Origin: Isurus oxyrinchus
Lineage: Eukaryota
Assembly (NCBI GenBank): GCA_026770705.1
Contig: JANJGN010000015.1
Location: 130,324,001-130,388,000, forward strand
Direction: 5' to 3'
DNA: 64,000 bases
Below, one piece after another: positions 39,401-51,170 of this stretch; position 1 is the first letter of the stretch; every line of letters begins with the position of its first letter. Under the pieces are notes generated by a model. That model ran no database searches. It saw nothing but the letters and a program-made list of their open reading frames with translations, and had not been told where the DNA came from. The translations under genes were made by a program, and so were the position numbers.

Positions 39401-41519
39401 ATACTCTTAGACTCTCTGTTGGAGATGGTCAGGCACTTGTGTGATGAATGTTATTTGCCACTTTACAGCCTAAGCCTGAATCTTGCCTATATTTAGTTAC
39501 ATGTGAGCATGGACTACTTCATGATATGATGATTTGGGAGTGAAGCTGAACACTGTGTTAACATTATCCCCCCAAAATAAAAATAACATTGCAACTTCAC
39601 CTCAAAAAGAAAACCGAGGCCCTGCTCATACTAACATAGTCTGAGCTAGCTACTCAATCTCACTTCATAGCTTTTCTCCCCTCGCCCCAACACATCCTTT
39701 TATAAAAGAATCATAGAATCATACTTGTGCCCTCAACAATTTGACTTCATTGACAATTGAAGCTACAATGCATGTGGATGTCTGTGGTCAATGTCTTCCA
39801 GATATTTGGCATACATTTAGAACAAACTCTATAATACAGGATGGAAAAACAAAAGCATAACTTGATTTAATTGAGTGTTGTTCCTGAAAGGAAAAATAGT
39901 GAATGTATTTCTCCAAACCAGTGATGATTGGAAGTGAAATACACATTTTTGAAAATTGCTCCTGGCTCCACTGAGGAACCACCTAACAACTGAAGAACTA
40001 ACAGAAATTGCAGGATCTGTTTTCTCTTCCTCAGGTCTCATCTTCACTGATCATAAAGCACATCCCATGCTGTTCTTGAACAATTGAGAGTACACGCAAA
40101 AGGGCAAGAGCTGTGTGCAAAACTTGAAATGGTGTCTCCTCAAAGGGGCAGAAATTCCCAACTTTAAATTGTGCAATACTCAGCGTGAACCTTGAGGAAT
40201 GTGGGCACAAGAAAGAAGCACATTTCCTCTCCCCTTAATTCTAATAAATCTTTCCATTATTTTTAGCCAGACCTGAAGGAGATGGGTGACTGATCAGGTT
40301 GATAGCCCAACTTCATGCAGATTCTTTTTTTATTCATTTATGGGATGTGGGCATCACCGCCTAGGCCAGCATTTATTGCCCATCCCTAATTGCCCTTGAG
40401 AAGGTGGTGGTGTGCTGCCTTCTTGAACTGCTGCAGTCCACATGGTGTAGGTACACCCACAGTGCTGTTAGGAAGGGAGTTCCAGGATTTTGACCCAGTG
40501 ACAGTGAAGGGCCAGCGATATATTTCCAAGTCAGGATGGTGAGTGACTTTAAGGGGAACTTCCGGGTGGTGGTGTTCCCTTGTATCTGCTGCCCTTGTTC
40601 TTCTAGATGGGAGCAGCTGTGGGTTTGGAAGGTGCTGTCAAAAGAGCCTTGGTGAATTCCTGCTGCATTTTGTAGGTGTTACACGCTGCTGCTACTGTGC
40701 ATTGGTGGAGGGAGTGAATGTTTGTGGGTGGGGTGAAAATCAAGTGGCTGCTTTGTCCTGGATTGCATCTGTTTTATTACTGAAGGGTCGTTTTTAGCTT
40801 AAATGGGGCCACCATCTTATGGTGCATCTCCTGCAGCTACATTAAAGGGGAAATTTTAGAGTGGAGCCAGAAAGTTTCTCCAAATATTCATAACGGCATG
40901 GAGAAACATATACATCATCTAATTCTGGAACTCAAAGCAAAACAATAAGTAACTTGAAGATAGGAGAACATTTGAGAAATAATGACCACAAACTAATTAG
41001 ATTTGAGAATAGATAAGGAAGGGTTCAGGATAGAACCATAGAACACTATAGCACAGAAAAACAAGCCATTCGGCCCTTCTAGACTGTGCTGAAATATTAT
41101 TCCACTAGTCCCATTGACCTGCACCCAGTAAGATAAAGAGCTGGACATCCCATTCAGTGACATGAAAGGGATCTGGTTCAGATTTATTAGCTTTGCCTTG
41201 GAGTATTTCAGGCCTTCACAGCTTATTATTTACATGACACAAGTTTAGCATCTGTGCCAAATTAAAAACTGCTGTACACCAATGTTAAACTTGTGTAAGT
41301 GCACCAGAAATGCCAATTCTTGGTGTCAGTAAAATCTCTTGAACTTGAAGAATTTTGTAATTGAAATTGAGCTCAACAATTGTGGATTATAACCACTGCT
41401 CACACTATTTCTAGGGACAGCCGTTGTTGGTAATTATCTACTTATGTCATTTTCGGCCCATCTAGTCCAGACCCATCTTTTGTACCTTTGCTTGTCCCAT
41501 TGTCTTGTCTTTGCCTTTC

Positions 41520-42810
41520 ATCCATCCTCATTCCGAGGGTTGACCGCACTAAGGACAATCTTTCTCCACTGATTTCTATTCTCTGCTGCCCTCACTGCCT
41601 GTCCCATAGGGAGGCCAGTCCACATTCTGATATTACCCATCCACACCATCTTGGGTCTTCCTCATGCACATTTTCTGGGTGTCTCTTTTCCTTGCATTAC
41701 CTCTTTTTCCAAACACTCCTCTCCTATTCACACCCCATGTCCAAACAATGTGAGCTTCCCTGATATCACTGCCTCAACAAGTTTCCCCTCACACCAGCTT
41801 TCTCAGCACCCACTCATTTGTCAACTTGGCGCATGTAATATCCACCTGAGCCCTTTCATTCCAAATGATCTTACTCCAGCCTCATCACTCTTCCTGATGA
41901 TCCCGCTTTCGCAGCCATACATTGTCGCTGGCCACACAAGGGCTTTCAGAAGGTAAATTTTCATTGCAATTGAAATTCTGTGGCTACTCCATCCTTTTTT
42001 CAGTGAGTTCACAACTCTATGACCCTTGTTCAGTCCAGCCTGAATTTCTTTGGTAGACTTTGTATCTTCTGGGATGAGTGACCCAAGGTAGTGGAAGGTA
42101 TCAACCTATTCAAATTGAACTGTGTTAATCAGAACCTTGCAGATCTTTCCACAGACCCCCATTACCTTTGTCTTGTTGATATTGATGAGACTGTAGTTCT
42201 GGTTAACTTGATCAAGATGACCCACCAACTCCTGAAGTTCTTCCGCTGAGTTAGCGAGCCGAATAATGACATCAGCACATTGAAGTTTTGAAACTTGCTG
42301 TCCATCAATCAGTATCCCATCTTTATATCCATCAGGTGTCTCTCTCAAACATTTCTGCCAAGATGTTGAATAAATACAGTGAGAGGACACTCCCCTGTCT
42401 AACACCCTACTTGACAGTGAATCATTCTGAGACGGTGCCGGCAACTCAGACTGTAGCTCATTGCTTACCATACAGCTTGGCTAGCAATTCGATTAAATGT
42501 GGTGGGTGTCCCATGTCTAACATAGTCAACTAAAGTTTCTTGTGTGATATTGAATCGAACGCCTTCTCAAAATCAATGATGCTCGTGTATATTGGCTGCT
42601 GATGCTCTTGGGCTTTGTGCATTACGATTCTAAGATTAGTGACTTGATCTCTGGTTCTTCTTCCATGTCGAAATCCAGCTTGCTCATCAGTAATGTCACT
42701 CCCCGTCTTTTTCTGGATTCATTCCACGATGACGCTGAGCAAGATTTTACTAGTGTGGGAGATCAAAGTGATTGTTCTATAATCTGTACACTGTTTCAGG
42801 TCACTTTTCT
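41520..42810 (-). mobile_element. RTE-clade LINE fragment
   Basis: LLKALVWPATMYGCE...SFGMKGLR and LANSAEELQ...ININKTKVM motifs. Confidence 0.7.
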
Positions 42811-45261
42811 TTCAAAGAGTAGAAGGGACAATCAACCCAGTACAGTCCTCCTGCCAACCACCAATCTCCCACAGATCTATTTTCTATACATCCTGTCCAC
42901 TACTGATTCCCCTCCCATGTTAAATAATTCTTCTGGTATATTGTCTGTGCCTGTGGCCTTGGCTGCCCATTTGGTGAATGACTCGCTTTCCCATTACCAC
43001 TTCCCCCTTCTACCAACTACGTTCCACCCTATCACTGACCTTCCCTTTTGTTTGTTTCTCCCTTTTCTCCTCCCCCCTTTCCCTGCTCCTGCACTTGTTT
43101 TAAAACATGCTGAATATCTTACTTTTTCCAGTTCTGAAATTGGCTGAAGCATTAACTCTCTTTCTCTCTTCACAGGTGCTGCTAGACCTGCTGAGTATTT
43201 CCAACATTTTTTGCTGTTATTTCCTCTTATACATATTGACTGATATCTATCCTCGGTATTTTCGGAGTTTAGGTGAATGTTCTTTTATATAAATTAAGCT
43301 GTATTTTGGAAAAGATTTTGCTAATGGCTCTACATAAATTTTAACATGTGGGTAAAATCCTCTCTGCTCTAAGATTTACTTTTGAAATACCTGAGATGAC
43401 AGAAAGAAAAACAACTTACATTTAAAAAAATGCATTTCAGAATTTCGGAATATCCCAAAATGCTTTACAATAATGGAGTGCTTTGGAAGTGTAGTTATTG
43501 TTGCAATGTAGAGAAACACTGCAACTAATTTGCAATCAAGACAAATTTCAGAAAGAGCAAAGTAACCATTCCCAGGTAATCTGCTTTATCAATGTTTGCT
43601 GAGGGATAACTATTGGTTAGGAACTCCACTGCTCTTCTTCTATATAGTCTCTTGGGGTTTTTGCCTCCATCTGAAAGGGTTGACTGGGCTTTTGTTTAAC
43701 ATTTCAGCCAAAGGACAGCACCACTGACCGTGCAGCACACTCTCAGTATTGCACTGAAGTTTTATCCTAGATTTTATTTTTTAAAAATTAATTTTTGGGA
43801 TGTGAACATTGCTGGAAAGGCCAGCATTTATTGTTCATCCCTAGTTGCCCTTGAGAAGGAGAAGCCACCTTCTTGAACCGTTGCAGTCCATGTGGTGTAG
43901 GTACACCCACAGTGCTGTTAGGGAGGGAGTTCCAGGATTTTGACCCAGTGACAGTTAAGGAACGGCGATATATTTCCAAGTCAGGATGGTGAGTGGCATG
44001 AAAGGGAACTTGCAGGTGGTGGTGTTCCCTTTTGTCTGCTGCCCATGTCCTTCTAGATAGTAGAGATCTGAGGTTTGGAAGGTGTTGTTGTGGGAACAAC
44101 ACACGAGGATGAGATATCCACAATCACTTCCCTTGTGCTAGGTGTGACTCCAACCAGTGGAAATTGCACCCCTCCCCTCCCCCCGCCCCCATTTCCATTG
44201 ACTCCAGTTTTGCCAGGGCTCCTTGATGCCACACTCAGTCAAATGCTTCTTTGACACCAAGAGCAGTCACTCTCACCTCAATTCTGGAGTTTTACTCTTG
44301 TTTGGACTAAAAATGCAATGAGGTCAGGAGCTGAGTGGCTCTGGTGGAACCTGGACTGAACGTTGGTGAAAAGATTATTGCTGAGTATGTGCTGCTTGAT
44401 AACTGTCAACAACATCATCTCCATCACCTTGCTAATGATCAAATATAGACTAATGGAATGGTAATTGGCTGGGTTGGATTTGTTTTGATTTTGTGTACAG
44501 GGGACATATCTGGGTAATTTTCCACATAGCTGGGTAGCTACCAGTGTTGTAGCAGTACTGGAACAGCTTGGCTAGCTAATGTGTTTGGAGCCTCCTGTTC
44601 CAATTAGTTTTTTAATTGTCCACCACCATTCAGGATTCCTTCATGAGATTTGGTGCTTGTGGTTCTGGAATAGCGATTGGACTTAGACTTTGTCACAGCT
44701 GAAATATAAACAGAAAATGCTGGAAAAACTCAGCAGGTCTGGCAGCATCTGTGGAGAGAGAAACAGAGTTAACGTTTCGAGTCTGTATGACCCTGCTTCA
44801 GAGCTGCGCCACATCTAACACTGTGATATATATATTAGAGCGGTTGTATATTATATACGTGTGTGTTATAAGTATGCTACGTATTCTTTAAGTAACTAAG
44901 AGCCGAGAGTCTCTTAGACATAGGCTCACTTTACGTTGTGGTGCAATCGGACATGTACAGTTATTGGGACCCAGATGATGAACAGAGACCAATGTATCTC
45001 AATCGTATTTCAATACGAGATAAACTTTGTGCCTGACTCTGTCAGGCCTCTTTATATAAGGTAGGAAGAATAAAAGGCCATTCAGTCCATTTAATTCTTC
45101 AGATAAAACATTTCCAACTCCTTCTTTCCAAGAATTAGGGACTTCATTTTCCCAGTTACATTGATTGGTTTAACGCATTGTTGGAAAACTGAATAATTCC
45201 AGATTAGTTAACAAGGAGCGAATATAGAACACACAACAGACGCAGGAAGGAGCGAATGGCT

Positions 45262-45808
45262 GGTTTTTGACAGAGGAGTACCCGAGTCTGCGGTGTTGTG
45301 CCCGACACAGCTGCACAAAAATATTCGGCACTGTCACTCAGCTGAACCGTGTAGATGCTCAGTTTACACTCACGCAAGTCGGATCTGGAGATGTTGAAGC
45401 GGTCGGGGATATCTGTAGTGTAATGTCTACTGATTGCGCTATCATAGTGAAAAACAGAGTGAACTGCAGGGTTTCTGGAGCCTGTTTGTACCAATAGATA
45501 TAATCCCAGGCACTCGTTTGAAGGCAGCTGATTTCCACATTCTGCCCGAGGATTCCAGTAACAAGAGGAGACTGTGTGGCCGAATTGCCAGCAACTGCAC
45601 CTGGGAGCATTTCAGATAGTTTTACTCACTGTAGATTGGCAACAACACAAATTATACATGGACAGATTGGAGCAATTTCGTTAGGTGCTGCGCAAACTTG
45701 TTTTATTTCACATGTAAAAATTCAGAATCGGTTCTTCTGACATAAATATTCGAAAACCTTACGTGAAGCAGTCAGGAGCAGCAGCAAGAGAATTCACATT
45801 GACCCCAT
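45262..45808 (-). pseudogene. V pseudogene of the same family: leader 45763-45808, V exon 45301-45600, RSS CACAACA-23-TCAAAAACC (45262-45300)
   Basis: Leader MGSM*ILLLLLLTAS has an in-frame TGA (45794-45796). The V exon has a 1-nt deletion around the A5 run (45450-45454), splitting ...CLQTSAWDYIYWYKQ... from ...DRFNISRSDLRECKLSIYTVQLSDSAEYFCAAVS. The heptamer is non-canonical. Confidence 0.92.
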
Positions 45809-46314
45809 GGTCAGACAGTGACTGGAGACCCTGCAGCCGGATAGATACAGAATCCGACAAATGGAGCGCGGTTAACTGCACTTAATGTGTTCATATATTT
45901 CAACAGCGGAGTATTTTACATCGAGCAAGTTGAACGTCACTTAGGGCTCATACCTACACCCTTTCCGATTTCCTGCTTGTCTGTGAGTGAATAATTTGTT
46001 TTATTCGTTCATGGAATGTGTGTGGGAGGGGGAGGGGGGTGGGGGAGGGGGTGGGGGTAGGGGGCAGCATTCATTGCCCTTGTCACATGTAGACCAGACC
46101 AGGTAGGGAGGGCAGGTTCCCCTAAAGGACATTATTCACCCAGATGGGTTTTTAACCACAATCGATTCATGGTCACCATTAGGCTTTTAATCCCAGATTT
46201 TTTTTATTGAATTCAAATTCCACCATCTGCCGTGGCGGGATTGGCCAGAGTCTTACCCGGGGTCTCTGGATTACCAGCCCAGTGACAGTACCATTATGTC
46301 ACCGCCTCCCCACT

Positions 46315-47000
46315 GTGTACATAATATTTGTAACATGTGTATAATATGTGTAATGCGTGTATAAAATGTTAAATGTGTGTAATATGTTTATAATATATGT
46401 AATATGTGTATATATGTAATTTGTGTATAATATGTGTAATTTGTGTATAATATGTGTATAATGTGTAATTTGTGTATAATATGTGTAATTTGTGTATAAT
46501 ACGTGTATAATGTGTAATTTGTGTATAATATGTGTAATTTGTGTATAATGTGTATAATATGTGTAATTTCTGTATAATATGTGTAATTTGTGTTTAATAT
46601 GTGCATATGTGTAATTTCTGTACGATATGTGTAATTTGTGTATGATATGTGTATAATATGTGTAATTTGTGTATAATTTGTGTAATTTGTGTATAATACG
46701 TGTAATTTGTGTATAATATGTGTATAATATGTGCAATTTGTGTATAATATGTGTATATGTATAATTTGTGTATAATGTGTATAGTATGTGTAATTTGTGT
46801 ATAATGTGTATGTGTAATTTGTGTATAATATGTATAATTTGTGTATATTATGTGTAATTTGTGTATAATATGTGTATAATATGCGTATATGTATAATTTG
46901 TGTATAATATGTATAATTTGTGTATAATATGTGTATAATATGTGTAATTTGTGTATAATATGTGTATATGTGTAATTTGTGTATAATATGTGTAATATGT
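46315..47000. repeat. AT-rich minisatellite (tgtgtaatttgtgtataata-like)
   Basis: Direct observation. Confidence 0.9.
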
Positions 47001-49182
47001 ACTGGAATATACACTTTGCTGTAAATCCAGTCGCCGACATGGTTAATAATCCCTGGACGAACTGATTCTGTGGTGTGTTGTATAACTAATAAACCAGGAA
47101 TTATCAAATGTACTAGAACCAAACATTTAATAATTATCAATTTCATGATTTTTGATGTGCCAGAAATAATATCTTCGTTCTTGCAGCTCGGATCTTCCCG
47201 GGTCACCTCCGCTCAGCGTTTGTAGTATGAAGGCGCTGTAGAAAGATGACAAATTCACAGCAGCCACCGCAACATCAGCTGCCCTGGGGCCTCTCTATAA
47301 TCAAAAACAGAATTACCTGGAAAAACTCAGCAGGTCTGGCAGCATCGGCGGAGAAGAAAAGAGTTGACGTTTCGAGTCCTCATGACCCTTCGACAGAACT
47401 TGAGTTCGAGTCCAAGAAAGAGTTGAAATATAAGCTGGTTTAAGGTGTGTGTGTGGGGGGCGGGCGGGGGGCCTGACGTACCCGTGACAAAATGACAACT
47501 GCAACCCAACTCCTGGAGCCATCACACTGCTCTAGAGGTGAAGACACTCCAGGCAGTGCAACATTATGGTGCGCTGCGGGCACCTGCAATACCTTCCTCA
47601 TTGCTCGAGTCTCATTTGGAGCAGCGCATTAACTGTCAGCAATGTGTGTCTAGATTAAATCTAAATAGATTGACCTCGCTAGCTTCCTGACTTTGAGCCT
47701 TACCGCGTAGACACAGCGTTCTGACTGGTAGCCAACGAAATGTAGAGGTGCCCGAGCATGCGCAGCGCTCTTAGGTTATTGTCAAAATATGTATTGGAAG
47801 GACTGAAATAGTCGCCCTCTGTTTCAATGGTCAGTCCCTCTGCTTTCTCCAAACCTTTGAAAGTCACCTCCGTGATTTTAGAAAAAAGGCTGATTTATGA
47901 AAATGGTATTTGAATTTGCACCATGAATTGTTCTGTATTTAGAATGTAACCGTCTCAAGTCCTGAAGACGCAGCCTTTCCAAGTGAAGGTGCAGCCCTGC
48001 TGTAACAACCTGTCTGAGAGTCTCAGGTTTAACAGTGATCTCAGTGCATTGCACACACGGGCAGAGACCCTTTCCCGCAGCTGACGGTACAAGGACCAGG
48101 GCCACAGATTTATGGTTTGGAGAAGAGCTGCAGAAGGATGTGGGGAAGAAGTTTTTATGCAGCGAGTGGTAATGATCTGGAACTGGCTGCCTAAGCAGGA
48201 TGGCGGAAACAGAGTTGACGAATGACTGGAAAAGGAATTTGGGCGGGCAAGAGGGAGAATAAACCGCAGGCCCCTGGGTGGGGGGGAGGGTAGAGCGGGG
48301 TGGGACTGAATGGCTGTACAGAGTGCCCCATGGAATTGATGGGCCGAATGGCCTCCTTCTGTGTCATAATGAGTCTGCGATTCTGTGTTAGTGTCGTATG
48401 GTTACCAGTCATTGTTTGGTTACAGGACAGAATTATTTTCTGTAGCTCATTAATTTCTGTACAGATATCCTAGTGCAGATTTGCGCAGAATGGTTTTATT
48501 TCCTCTTGTACTGGTGACGCCTAATTTAGCGGCACAATTGTGCAAAATGCCACCACTCTAAAGCACTCATAACAAGATACAGACCTGGGTGAGGTCAGGA
48601 ACCGCGCCGATACGCTTTGCATAGACTGACCCGTTAAGCAGTCACAAAGTAGGAAATGGGAGACCAGCTGAAACCACCGTGAACTCGCCAGTAAAAAGGA
48701 AGGAAAAGCAGGAAATCCAAGTCCAACCACAGCTCATGGAATTTCGGAAATTCCAAACATCTCGGAAAGAGACAAACTATTGGAGAAATTCCGGTGCTAA
48801 GGTAAGTGTGTCTGATTTTCTGCTTTCTGTCGCTCTGGAAGTAGAGGGATTGCTTGGTTTGAGGCTGTTATTTCTCTCGCCACATGGACAGCAGCGAGAG
48901 GGCTCCCCCCGCTTTGACACCTGTAATGGAGGCAATGGGTAGGATGTTGGTGTGTGGAACTGGGATTTGATTAGCGTCATTTCTCCATCAGTGCAATTCC
49001 AAAGCTGCTGCTCACTGGTGTGGAAGTGATAATGGGGCAGGTCATGTCAGGCCCGAGGAGAGTTCAATCAATGATCAGCCCTCCCAATGCCGGATATACC
49101 GGGAATGTCCAACATCCAGTGGCAGCAGGCTCTTACAGAGGAAGTGGCTGTCAGTTTGAAAATAAAACAAAAAGTTCAGGAT

Positions 49183-49995
49183 CGGTGGGGCGTTTGGGGG
49201 TGTTTGGGGGTATTTGGGGGTGGGGTTGTTTGGGAGTGGAGGGTGTTGGGGTGTTTGGGAGTGGGGGGGGGTGTTTGGGGTGGTGGGTGTTTGGGGTGGG
49301 GGTGCTGCTGGGGTGTTTGGGAGTGGAGAGTGTTGGGGTGTTTGGGGGTGGGGTGGTGCTGGGATGTTTGGGAGTAGAGGGCGTTGGGGTGTTTGGGGTG
49401 GGAGGGTGGTTGGGAGTGGGGGTGGTGATGGGGTGTTTGAAGGTGGGGCGGTGTTGGGTTGTTTGGGGGTGGGGGTGGTGTTGGGGGTGTTTGGGAGTCG
49501 AGAGTGTTGGGGTGTTTGGGAGTGGAGGGGGTGTTTGGGGGTAGGGGATATTTGGGGTGTTTGGGGGTGGGGGTGTTGGGGTGTTTGGTAGTGGAAAGTG
49601 TTGGGGTGTTTGGGGGTAGGGGGTATTTGGGGTGTTTAGGTGTAGGGGTAGGAGGTGTTTGGTAGTGGAGAGTGTTGGGGTGTTTGGGGGTGGAGAGTGT
49701 TGGGGTGTTTGGTAGTGGAGAATGTTGTGGTGTTTGGGGTGGGGGGTGGTTGGGGGTGGGGGCATGTTGGGTTGTTTGGGGGTGGAGAGTGTTGGGGTGT
49801 TTGGGAGTGGAGAGGGTGTTTGGGGGTAGGGGGTATTTGGGCTGTTTGGGGGTGGGGGTGTTGGGGTGTTTGGGGGTAGGGGGTATTTGGGGTGTTTGGG
49901 GTAGGGGGTAGGGGGTGTTTGGGAGTAGGGGGTGTTGTGGTGTGTGGGGGTGTTGGGGTGTTTGGGGGTGGGGGGTGTTTGGGGTGGGGTGTTGT
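49183..49995. repeat. G/T-rich low-complexity tandem repeat (ggggtgtttggg-like)
   Basis: Direct observation; source of many spurious ORFs. Confidence 0.9.
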
Positions 49996-50621
49996 GTGAT
50001 ATTTTGGACTCTGCTCAAGGCTGGGCCGGAGCAGCAAGCTGGGTGCAGGAAGCAGAGTGAAATGATGCTGTCCAGTCGGAATAAAGCAGCCGGTGTGTGA
50101 GCCCCACAATAACTCAGCTGGGTGGCCAGAGGCGCTTTTGTGTTTTGCTCCTCAGAAGAGGTTCAGTTTGTGACTCCGAACAATCCCTTATTGGATTTCC
50201 GAGAGCTGATCACTATTGCGCTGTTACATCCACTAATTTTGAAAGAAATCAAGATTTTTTAATAGGCTTAACGAACTATTTTGATAGAATAAACAAGGTC
50301 AGTTCCAATGGCGGTTTATCGGAGAACACAGATTTCGGGTGATTTAGAGAAGAGGGCGGGCGGGGAAGAGGGATATTGGTCTGAATGGACCTTGGAACCG
50401 AATTCAGTTTAAAAAATCAAGGTCGAATTGAGTAAATATTTGAAGGTGGAAATTACAGGACTACAGGGGAAAGAGCAGGAGAGTGGGATTTATTGCATAG
50501 TTTAATGGTCAGGCAGCATGGGACGAATGACTGTAGGATTCTGTAGTTTTATGACCTGTCTGGAAAATGCCTAAACACGACTGAAGAAGACTAGGTTCAG
50601 GTGGAGCTGGGTCCTGAATGG

Positions 50622-50659
50622 TGATTTTGTGCGAACACACGCCTGTTTGCACCGCTGTG
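50622..50659 (-). other. V-A recombination signal sequence CACAGCG-22-ACAAAATCA
   Basis: Immediately follows the YFCAASFS codons. Confidence 0.88.
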
Positions 50660-50962
50660 AGAAACTAGCAGCGCAGAAGTACACGGCACTGTCACTCACA
50701 CGGAGCGAGTTTATCATCAGACTGCAGTTGCGAAGGTCTGGCCGAGAAACATTGAACCTGGCGGGAATTTCCGAGGTGAATGCTTTCTGTGCTCCATATG
50801 CTTGCTGAATATACAGGATGAATTTCAAGCTTTCCCCGGGTATCTGCTGGTACCAGTGTATATAATCCCAGCTAGCGGTCTGTGTGCACTTTATCTCCAC
50901 ACCCTGTCCCACAAACATTGTGGCGGGGGGAGATTGTGTGACAATATTGTCAGGAGCGGCGC
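50660..50962 (-). CDS. V-A exon: TCR V segment (Vbeta-like), intact near-identical paralogue of V-B
   Basis: ORF 50571..50918. Same framework as V-B, with intact splice acceptor and RSS. Confidence 0.95.
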
Positions 50963-51124
50963 CTGAGTAACGAAAACATTCAGATTAGTGACTGAAATTC
51001 CGCGAATTTTAACCAGTTTTATTATAAACCCAACCAAGTCCTCAAGTCAATGGCAGCCCAGCTCCCTCAATAAACTGTAATGTACAAGTGAGAGCGGTAA
51101 TAGTCACTTTGCTAAAACACTGAC

Positions 51125-51170
51125 CTGCCCTTGAGAGAAAGACGAAGAAAATGAGTTGACCGGGCTGCAT
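51125..51170 (-). CDS. V-A leader exon MQPGQLIFFVFLSRA(G)
   Basis: Identical to the V-B leader. TATAAA at 51210-51215. Confidence 0.9.

Noticed and set aside
46299-50109. Long His/Tyr-rich and Pro/Gly-rich ORFs
   Set aside because: Translations of low-complexity repeats.
8316-51170. Calling the locus ordinary TCR beta (TRB) or TCR alpha (TRA)
   Set aside because: The TM and exon layout are not beta-type. D segments and a single J are not alpha-type. No gene symbol was assigned.
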